Source of the DNA: Negativicutes bacterium
GTDB taxonomy: Bacteria > Bacillota > Negativicutes > UBA1444
Length of the DNA: 64,000 nt
Assembly (NCBI GenBank): GCA_963665275.2
Contig: CAXXIN010000016.1
Location: 160,001-224,000, forward strand
Direction of reading: 5' to 3'
Position 1 is the stretch's first letter, and each line of letters opens with the position of its first letter. The position numbers and the translations under genes were made by a program. Positions 53,221 through 60,829 of this stretch are shown piece by piece. The notes below the pieces were generated by a model that was not told the DNA's origin, searched no databases, and saw only the letters and a list, made by a program, of their open reading frames with translations.

Positions 53221-54054
53221 TTAGCATCGATTGATGACATGCGCGATCAACCGTCCTGCAATAGAAGTTCCCGTTGGTTTTTGCGGCAGATTATCCTTCC
53301 CGTACCAGGCGGCATCTTCGATCTCTTTGCCATCGACGCTGATTTCTCCGCTTTCATGCTCGGCAGTAAACCCAACCATTAAGGAATCCGGAAAAGGCCA
53401 AGGCTGACTGTCGAAGTATTGAATGTTCTTAACCCGGATACCGACCTCTTCCATTACTTCTCTTATGATACAGTCTTCAAAGGTTTCCCCGGGTTCCATG
53501 AACCCAGCGATTACACTATACCAATTCTGCCGGAAATTTTTATTATGCGCCAACAGGATTTCATCGCCCCGCACAATGGCAACGATGACAGCGGGTGAAA
53601 TACGGGGATAAAAAACGGAACCGCAACCGGGGCATTTTTTTGCCAATTCGTCTTGCTGCGCTTCAGTGGGTGTTCCACATTTGCCACAGAATTTATGCAT
53701 TCGATTCCAATTGACGATTTGAAAAGCCCGACCCGCCAGCAAAAAAAGATCTTCCTCGATTTCGCCGAGTAAAGAACGAAGATCTTTGAAAAGCATGCCC
53801 GCTGGGGGTGTGAACGTGTCATCAACTTCCATGCAATAACTAGGGCGGTCTTCAAGTTCTCCCAGGTATTGTTTGAAAGTATAGGCTAATTCGATTCCGT
53901 TGAAATCTGCACCCGTGGGGATGCTAGGATTACCCAGGTGAGTATTGATGAGTATTTTAGCCGAATTGAAAACAAACAACCATTCGACTGCTGCATTGTC
54001 GCTTGGGGGAAAAACAGATGGAATGTATCTTTTATAAATGCTAACGTCGGCCAT
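53221..54054 (-). CDS. nudC: NADH pyrophosphatase
   Basis: FCGKCG…CPGC…YPRISPAVI, AGFMEPGE…REVMEEVG and SQPWPFPDSLM motifs. Confidence 0.95.
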   Translation of the reverse strand: MADVSIYKRYIPSVFPPSDNAAVEWLFVFNSAKILINTHLGNPSIPTGADFNGIELAYTFKQYLGELEDRPSYCMEVDDTFTPPAGMLFKDLRSLLGEIEEDLFLLAGRAFQIVNWNRMHKFCGKCGTPTEAQQDELAKKCPGCGSVFYPRISPAVIVAIVRGDEILLAHNKNFRQNWYSVIAGFMEPGETFEDCIIREVMEEVGIRVKNIQYFDSQPWPFPDSLMVGFTAEHESGEISVDGKEIEDAAWYGKDNLPQKPTGTSIAGRLIAHVINRC

Positions 54055-54075
54055 AGACAGGGACTCACCTCTCTT

Positions 54076-54864
54076 TTAATAATCCAGCAGGGAAGGCGTT
54101 GACGGGCGGGCATCCAATCGATCCAGCAGTTGGTCAAAATCGGTGGTGCGAAAAATGGGAATACGCCGCATCAAAAAAACATTGTCCCTCTCGGGTTGAT
54201 TCACACCGGATAGCACACTGAATGCGCCGTGATAGCCAGCTGCCTCCACCGCTTCCATAGCCTCTATATTATAATATCCCCCTGGATAAGCAAAATAGCC
54301 GACCTCCATCCGGACGACTTTTTCAGCTTTTTTCTTGCTTCCCGTCACTTCATAACGTAGATTGGAAGGGCTCACGTGGGTCAAGTCCGGGTGCGTCATT
54401 GAATGAGCGCCAATCGTCAGGTTGCTGGCGGTCATTTCGTGGATTTGCGCTCTGGTCAGTCGGTTCGCTCGGTCAAAGTTGATTCCAACCATGAAAATTG
54501 TTGCGGCGAAGCCGAATTGCTTTAGGATGGGAAACGCTTGAGTATAGTTATCAGTATAGCCGTCGTCAAAGGTGATGAGCATGGCTTTGGCGGGCAGTGA
54601 CACCCGTTCTCCCTGCATAAAGGAGCTCAATTGCGCCGGCGAGATGGTTTGAAAACCATGACTACGCAACAAGCTAAGCTGCCGGGTAAATTCCGACGTG
54701 GAGAGTGTAAGGTCAGGCATATTCGTTTCTTGGTCACTGACATGATGATATAGCAAGACGGGAATTCCTTGGGTAGGGTTCGCCGACGCAGGGGACGCAA
54801 ACAAAAAAAACAGTCCGATAAACAGCAGGCTGAGCCTACTCCCATTAAAACTTGTCTGATTCAT
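54076..54864 (-). CDS. Secreted polysaccharide deacetylase (CE4/NodB)
   Basis: Signal peptide, PVLLYHHV, TFDDGY, HSMTHPDL and FAYPGG motifs. Confidence 0.92.
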   Translation of the reverse strand: MNQTSFNGSRLSLLFIGLFFLFASPASANPTQGIPVLLYHHVSDQETNMPDLTLSTSEFTRQLSLLRSHGFQTISPAQLSSFMQGERVSLPAKAMLITFDDGYTDNYTQAFPILKQFGFAATIFMVGINFDRANRLTRAQIHEMTASNLTIGAHSMTHPDLTHVSPSNLRYEVTGSKKKAEKVVRMEVGYFAYPGGYYNIEAMEAVEAAGYHGAFSVLSGVNQPERDNVFLMRRIPIFRTTDFDQLLDRLDARPSTPSLLDY

Positions 54865-54964
54865 TGAGCACATCCCTTTCTGGTTTCTCATTATAGTATT
54901 TGCACATCCAAACTTCAATGCATGTGGAGTGAGAGCGAGCCGCGCAAGGCCCGTAATGATTCGC

Positions 54965-55015
54965 TTGACACAGGGCAATAAAATAAATATTATATATATG
55001 AACATATGCTCATAC
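54965..55015 (+). promoter_or_regulatory. sigmaA promoter with ArsR/SmtB operator
   Basis: TTGACA-N17-TATTAT followed by imperfect palindrome ATGAACATATGCTCAT. Confidence 0.75.
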
Positions 55016-55029
55016 GTTGGAGGTATGGC

Positions 55030-55392
55030 GTGAAGGATCTTGAATGTGATGTCTGTACAGAGCTTTGTGAACATCCTCAAAGCATATGTTTGGCGAAAGC
55101 TGAACTGCTGCCGGAGAAAATAGCTCAACGAGTGGCGGAAACATTTAAAGTGCTCGGAGACCCAACCCGGGTGAAAATTCTGCAGGTGCTATCGAAACGG
55201 GAACTTTGCGTGTGTGATATTTCAGCTGTAATCGGGATGGGGCAGTCAGCGGTGTCGCATCAACTGCGCGCGCTCAGGAATGCACGACTGGTTAAATATC
55301 GCAGGGACGGGAAAATGGTCTGGTATTCCTTGGATGATGAACATATTGGCGGGCTGTTGGCACAGGGTATTGAGCACGTTGAACATGATTAG
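55030..55392 (+). CDS. ArsR/SmtB metal-sensing repressor (CadC/ZiaR-like)
   Basis: N-terminal Cys residues, FKVLGDPTR, ELCVCD, SAVSHQLR and DDEH…EH alpha5 site. Confidence 0.92.
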   Translation: MKDLECDVCTELCEHPQSICLAKAELLPEKIAQRVAETFKVLGDPTRVKILQVLSKRELCVCDISAVIGMGQSAVSHQLRALRNARLVKYRRDGKMVWYSLDDEHIGGLLAQGIEHVEHD

Positions 55393-55408
55393 TGGAGCGA
55401 GTGGTAAC

Positions 55409-57547
55409 ATGAATGTGAATCAAGTGGCGGCCGAAACACAGGTGGCCACATTTCAAGTTGACGGCATCACCTGCATGGACTGTGCCCGAAAGTTTGAGCA
55501 GGCAGTCGGTGAGATGTCTGGAGTTATTAAGTCCTCGCTTAATACAATAACAGGCACGCTAACGATTGAAGGACAGCCCGATCTCGAGGGGCTTCGCCGG
55601 TTGGGGATGGAAGAGAACTATACAATTACTCCTCAATCAGAAAAATCTGCGCAACGCATACAGCAGCAGGGTGAAAAAACTGATTGGGACCTCCGTCGGG
55701 CTGTATTATCCGGCTTGTTTCTGAGTATCGGTTATGGGCTGGAGAAATTTGACGGAGCAGCGATCGCGTTTCTTTCCTTTTATATTGCAGGAACGGTGAT
55801 GGGAGGGTGGGGAAATTTCCGCAAAGCAGCCATAGCCTTGCCACGCGGCAATTTTAACATGAGCGTCTTGATGAGCGTGGCGGTTGTTGGCGCTATTGCC
55901 ATCGGGCAGTATGAAGAAGCTGCGTCCGTGGCGTTCCTTTTTTCGATATCGGAAATGCTGGAACGCTGGACAATGGAAAAAGCCCGACGCTCCATCCGTG
56001 ATCTGATGGATATCGCACCCAAATTCGCGAGAGTGCGCCGAGATAGTCTTGAAACCGACATACCGGTCGAAGATATCGTTGTTGGCGACATCATGATGAT
56101 TCGTCCCGGCGAGAAGATTGCCATGGATGGCAGGATCTTGAAAGGCGAATCCGCCATTAATCAGGCCGCTATTACCGGCGAATCAATGCCAGTGGAAAAG
56201 AAAACGGGCGATGAGGTGTACGCCGGAACTTTTAATACGCATGGCGCACTCGAAGTCGCAATAACGAAACTCGTACAAGATACGACCATTGCCAAAATCA
56301 TTCATATGGTGGAGGCGGCCCATGGTAATCGGGCGCCTTCTCAGGCCTTTGTTGAGAGATTTGCGGCCGTTTATACACCGATCGTCATGGTCTTGGCTGT
56401 TGTTATCGTATTGATTCCGCCCCTGTTCTTCGGGCAGGAATGGGCGTCATGGATTTATCGCGGGCTGACCCTTCTCGTGGTTTCTTGTCCGTGCGCTCTC
56501 GTAGTGTCCACCCCGGTGGCGATCGTTAGCGCCATCAGTGTTGCTGCGAAAAACGGGGTACTCATCAAGGGCGGCATCCATCTTGAAGCAGTAGGGTCCC
56601 TCAGTGCCATTGCGTTTGACAAGACGGGAACCTTAACAAAGGGAGCGCCTGTCGTCACGGATATCATTTTGCTCAATGGTATTTCCGAAGAAGAGCTGCT
56701 GAGAATTTCTGCAAGTTTGGAAGTGCGTTCCGAACACCCCCTTGCTGCGGCTATTATCAACGCTGCGGCAGAACGCGAAATTGAGGTTGTTCCTGCCGAA
56801 GCTTTTAGTTCCATTGGAGGCCGGGGGGCGCAGGGTAACGTAAATGGCGAGCTTGTGTACATCGGAAATCCGCGTCTTTTCGCGGAAATGGATATCTCGA
56901 CAGAGACAATTGCTGAACAAGTGGAGCAGTTGCAAGGCGAGGGAAAAACAGTAATGCTCGTTGGTACCAGAACGAAATTTTTAGGGATTGTCGCTGTCGC
57001 CGATGAAGTGAGGGCGGACAGCGCGAAAACGATCGCAGCCCTGAAACAAGGGGGTATCGCTCATACCATCATGCTGACAGGCGACAATGCAGCTACCGCC
57101 GCAGCCATGGCGCTGAAAACAGGCGTGGACGAATTCCGGGCTGAACTCCTTCCTCAGGACAAGGTAGCTGCAATACAGGAATTGGTAGATAAGTACGGCA
57201 AGGTGGCGATGGTGGGCGATGGGGTCAATGATGCGCCTGCGTTAGCGCTGGCGACTGTCGGCGTTGCCATGGGCGGCGCCGGAACCGATACGGCTCTTGA
57301 AATCGCAGACATCGTACTGATGGCAGACGATCTCCATAGGTTGCCGTTTACGGTTCGATTGAGCCGCAAAGCACTTGCGATCATTCGCCAGAACATTGCT
57401 TTTTCGCTGATCATCAAAATTATCGCAGTACTAGCTGTGTTCCCTGGCTGGCTGACTTTATGGCTGGCGATTTTGGCGGATATGGGGGCATCTATCCTGG
57501 TAACGCTGAACAGCCTGCGATTGCTGCAGGTTAAACCCAAAGAATGA
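55409..57547 (+). CDS. cadA: Zn/Cd/Pb-translocating P1B-type ATPase
   Basis: GITCMDC, TGES, CPC, DKTGTLT, SEHP, GDGVNDAP and ADMG motifs. Confidence 0.93.
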   Translation: MNVNQVAAETQVATFQVDGITCMDCARKFEQAVGEMSGVIKSSLNTITGTLTIEGQPDLEGLRRLGMEENYTITPQSEKSAQRIQQQGEKTDWDLRRAVLSGLFLSIGYGLEKFDGAAIAFLSFYIAGTVMGGWGNFRKAAIALPRGNFNMSVLMSVAVVGAIAIGQYEEAASVAFLFSISEMLERWTMEKARRSIRDLMDIAPKFARVRRDSLETDIPVEDIVVGDIMMIRPGEKIAMDGRILKGESAINQAAITGESMPVEKKTGDEVYAGTFNTHGALEVAITKLVQDTTIAKIIHMVEAAHGNRAPSQAFVERFAAVYTPIVMVLAVVIVLIPPLFFGQEWASWIYRGLTLLVVSCPCALVVSTPVAIVSAISVAAKNGVLIKGGIHLEAVGSLSAIAFDKTGTLTKGAPVVTDIILLNGISEEELLRISASLEVRSEHPLAAAIINAAAEREIEVVPAEAFSSIGGRGAQGNVNGELVYIGNPRLFAEMDISTETIAEQVEQLQGEGKTVMLVGTRTKFLGIVAVADEVRADSAKTIAALKQGGIAHTIMLTGDNAATAAAMALKTGVDEFRAELLPQDKVAAIQELVDKYGKVAMVGDGVNDAPALALATVGVAMGGAGTDTALEIADIVLMADDLHRLPFTVRLSRKALAIIRQNIAFSLIIKIIAVLAVFPGWLTLWLAILADMGASILVTLNSLRLLQVKPKE

Positions 57548-57679
57548 AAAAAGCAGTTAGAAAAAGATAGTCGCTGGATTCGTCCATCGACTGTCTTTTT
57601 TTGTATTTGCGGCAGGATTCAGGATCTCAATATCGAAAGAAGTATCTTTAGAATCAAGGTAATCGGCGTGTGCGGGGGT

Positions 57680-58486
57680 ATGCTTGTGAGTAGAAAATGT
57701 CGTTTTAGGTTGTGGATTTTTATTGTGTGCCTGTTGGTTCTGTACGGTGGCGAGACTACGGTGTGGGCCAGTCCTGAAGATGCTGTAAAATGCAAGGCGG
57801 CCGCAGAGAAGGGGCAGGGTAGTTCGGCCATTGAGGCGTGCACCCTCCAAATCAATAGTGATGCAAGTGATCTTGAAAGTGTATTTTGGCGAGGTGTGGC
57901 CTACTATAAGCGTGGATTTAGCAGCAAGGATGATTACCGGTCAGCTTTGGAGGACTTCAACAGGGTTCTGGCCGTGTATCCAAATGATATGCAGGCCTTA
58001 GAAAACCGGGCATCTTGTTATATGGAACTCAAGCGATATGAGGAAGCAATTTCCGACGCCAACGAAATCATTGCTGCGGACAGGACTTCGTTAGGAGCAC
58101 TCATGGTTAGAGGGAAGGCTTACTGGTGGATCAGTCGTTATGAAGATGCGATCAGCGACTATACCGCGGCGATAGCCCTTAACCCCCGGAGCGAGGATAC
58201 CAAGTTTTCAGCGTATTCAACCCGTGCGTCCTGTCATCGTTTCCTGAAAAATTATGAGCGAGCGCTGGCCGATTACACAATAGCTCTAGGCATTAAGCCT
58301 TCCTATCAACACGTGGCTGGATATATTGCGGATTGCTTGAATAAACTAGGGCGAAAGAACGAAGCTATCGCAGCATGGAACAATGTTATTGCAATAATAG
58401 ACCGAGATCCATCGCACGCAAAGGACCCCTATTATATTAAAGAGAAGGCCGCGGCTCAAGCGGAAATTGCGCAGTTGCGCAAATAA
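57680..58486 (+). CDS. Secreted tetratricopeptide repeat protein
   Basis: Signal peptide (…TTVWA), about 5 TPRs (RG.AY…AL.DF..., R.S.Y…Y..AI.D...). Confidence 0.85.
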   Translation: MLVSRKCRFRLWIFIVCLLVLYGGETTVWASPEDAVKCKAAAEKGQGSSAIEACTLQINSDASDLESVFWRGVAYYKRGFSSKDDYRSALEDFNRVLAVYPNDMQALENRASCYMELKRYEEAISDANEIIAADRTSLGALMVRGKAYWWISRYEDAISDYTAAIALNPRSEDTKFSAYSTRASCHRFLKNYERALADYTIALGIKPSYQHVAGYIADCLNKLGRKNEAIAAWNNVIAIIDRDPSHAKDPYYIKEKAAAQAEIAQLRK

Positions 58487-58516
58487 TATTGATTCAAATA
58501 ATTGGGAATGACGTTG

Positions 58517-58592
58517 AAAATTTGATAGGCTCCCCTTTCGGCAGTAGGGTTGATTACCCTGCCTACCATTGGAGGAGCCTGTCAATTTTTTT
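58517..58592. terminator. Large stem-loop between the convergent TPR gene and the precursor gene
   Basis: ttgataggctcc…ggagcctgtcaa outer stem, agggt/accct inner stem, T-run. Confidence 0.55.
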
Positions 58593-58652
58593 ATTGGAAC
58601 CTATTTGCGATATTCATCTTCCCAAAAGGGTATTGCAAATGCCCCTTGCAGC

Positions 58653-58916
58653 TTACTTTGTACTCTTAAACCCCTGAACACAGGTCGGAGGCGGAACCTC
58701 AGGCGGCCCGACGTTGACGCAGGTGCTGCTCGTACAGCTGGTCACGCACGCACTCGTGCAGGACGTACAGTTGGAAACGATTTTCGCGTTTGCAACTGAT
58801 GGATCGAAAAACACCGACAACAGTTCACAGGCCGCAGTCACCACCACGGCAGCTCCGCATTTTGCGATGAATCCCCGCCTTGACATCCCCTCGTTTTCTT
58901 TGAGATCCCGCTTCAT
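58653..58916 (-). CDS. Tat-signal, Cys-rich putative RiPP precursor (SCIFF/ranthipeptide-like core)
   Basis: AAGGAGG RBS, ATGA overlap with the rSAM stop, SRRGFI motif, h-region, ANA cleavage site, core NCTSCTSACVTSCTSSTC. Confidence 0.85.
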   Translation of the reverse strand: MKRDLKENEGMSRRGFIAKCGAAVVVTAACELLSVFFDPSVANAKIVSNCTSCTSACVTSCTSSTCVNVGPPEVPPPTCVQGFKSTK

Positions 58917-60400
58917 ACCGTTTCCTCCTTCACTGTGTTGGTTTCATTGTCAATCGCCTGTGCGGTTTGCGTCGCCAGATCCCATAACAGGACCTCCAGC
59001 ACTCGTTTCGTATAATCGCAGTTTATTCGTTCACAATAAGCACGTGCTTTCGGTGAAACGTGCTGCTGATCTGCCATCGCCAGATGCTGTACGGGGCACC
59101 CGCCGCCGCAAAGATAGCGCCAGGAACAGTCCTTGCACCCTTCCCGCCGGTCCACATGCAGGTCTGCCGCCATTTTCTCCAGCACCGGGTTGTCCGGATA
59201 GGTTCCCTCCATGATGTTTCCAACACAATATCGGGCAATGCCGACTAAGTAAATACAGGGAAACACATTCCCCTGCACATCCACTACCGGAGTGTTGCCG
59301 TAGGGGGCGCCACAGCCCAGGATGGACCGGTTGTTCGGTTGAAGCTTGGCCCGATAGATATTGAAAGGAAACAGGCGGTCCATTGTCCAGACGCCGCTTT
59401 CCTTAACACGAACCAGCGAATCAAGCATTTTATCAACGTCCGGAATCAGCCGGTCAGACATAAAATCTTCGTCAGAATTAACAACATTCAGCGGAGCAAA
59501 AGCTGTACCCCAGCCACCCAAATCCCGGTGGTGCCTTGCAGTTTGCTCCAGGTGATCCTGGTTTAAGGCGGTTAACGTGGTCCGCAGCGAAACCGGAATG
59601 CCCTCTGCCACCAGTTTGCGAACATTGGCAGCGATCAAACTGTGGGTAGCTCCACCGCCGGAAAAGGGACGGCAACGGTCGTGCACATCGCCCTCGCCGT
59701 CAATATCGCACAACACCGACATTTTATGTTTCAGCGCCTTGGCAATAAAATCCTCCGGCAGAAAACTGAGATTGCTGGTAATATGATATCTAAATTCAAC
59801 TTCCGGATATTTTTCCTTCAGTACATTTTCTGTGTAATCAATGGTCTGTTTCGCGAGTTCCCAATTCAGCAGCGGTTCGCCGCCAAACATCGCCACTTCA
59901 AGGTAACCGCCCGGCGAAATCAGTGCCGCGCAACATTCGACTGCCCGAAATGCGACTTCCGTCGTCATCATCGGTCGATCATTCTTGCGGTACGTCCGCT
60001 TGCCGTTGAGACAATAAACGCAGCCCAAATTACAATCCTGCGCCAACAGCAGATACAAGGACATGCCTTGGGTCTTGTTTTTCCCGGCATCCGTGTGCCT
60101 CACAATTTCGGTAGCCGTCTCCCGCTCGCTTACCGGAACCAAAATGCTGTGTGCCAACAGAAAATCGAAAACCGACGTTTCGGCCGGCCATTTTTGCTTC
60201 AGTTCGTCAAGGGATGCTGGCTGCTTCTTCAAGAATGCGAGCAAGGTTTCGATAAATTGGCGGCCTCGTCGAACGACAACCGGATTCAGACGCAATGAAT
60301 TTGCCAAAAGCAGGCATTCATCGCGCTCCAGACGAATCAGGTTTGACGATGCTTTTAGTTTACCCTCTACGGCGGCATTTCGAGGAATCACAGCTTCCAT
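58913..60400 (-). CDS. Radical SAM/SPASM peptide maturase with probable N-terminal RRE
   Basis: CNLGCVYC, FGGEPLLN, SPASM CG…GNVFPC…CKDCSWRYLCGGGC…C; ~100-aa N-terminal extension. Confidence 0.93.
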   Translation of the reverse strand: MEAVIPRNAAVEGKLKASSNLIRLERDECLLLANSLRLNPVVVRRGRQFIETLLAFLKKQPASLDELKQKWPAETSVFDFLLAHSILVPVSERETATEIVRHTDAGKNKTQGMSLYLLLAQDCNLGCVYCLNGKRTYRKNDRPMMTTEVAFRAVECCAALISPGGYLEVAMFGGEPLLNWELAKQTIDYTENVLKEKYPEVEFRYHITSNLSFLPEDFIAKALKHKMSVLCDIDGEGDVHDRCRPFSGGGATHSLIAANVRKLVAEGIPVSLRTTLTALNQDHLEQTARHHRDLGGWGTAFAPLNVVNSDEDFMSDRLIPDVDKMLDSLVRVKESGVWTMDRLFPFNIYRAKLQPNNRSILGCGAPYGNTPVVDVQGNVFPCIYLVGIARYCVGNIMEGTYPDNPVLEKMAADLHVDRREGCKDCSWRYLCGGGCPVQHLAMADQQHVSPKARAYCERINCDYTKRVLEVLLWDLATQTAQAIDNETNTVKEETV

Positions 60401-60613
60401 TTTGTCTCCCTTTAAGCGTCAATGAGCGTCAATTTCTAAGCTGTTCTTTTTAAAAGATTTACGGTATGAGCCGAAATCTGAAAATATACTATTGAATTCA
60501 TTATATTCTCTTGCCTACCCAATTGACAACTCTTAAGTTTTCAAATGGTTGCTTGTTTAGACCTCCCTGGGTATCGACTTGTACTTATAAGCGCAAAAAA
60601 AATTCTGAAAATA

Positions 60614-60640
60614 GCAGGAACTTCAAAATCAACTGCGAAA
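60614..60640 (+). promoter_or_regulatory. Candidate sigmaH-like promoter of mop
   Basis: GCAGGA-N17-GAAA. Confidence 0.45.
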
Positions 60641-60649
60641 TAATTATAG

Positions 60650-60773
60650 GTGTGGAAATGAAACGCGGCCGCAGAATCTTTCCGGCCGGACCAATGGAAT
60701 ACAGTACTCGTGGTTTTCGGGTACGTTTGAGCAGAGTGCTGTTTTCCAAGGCAGTGTTCTGCTTGTTTTTTTA
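60650..60773 (+). promoter_or_regulatory. Structured leader with intrinsic terminator and competing antiterminator (attenuator/riboswitch candidate)
   Basis: Terminator 60730-60773; 60695-60709 complementary to 60734-60748; hairpin 60704-60724. Confidence 0.55.
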
Positions 60774-60829
60774 TGTGGCTACGGCAAAGGTAACTGATTC
60801 CATAATGTAAATGTAAGGGGGAAAGAAAA

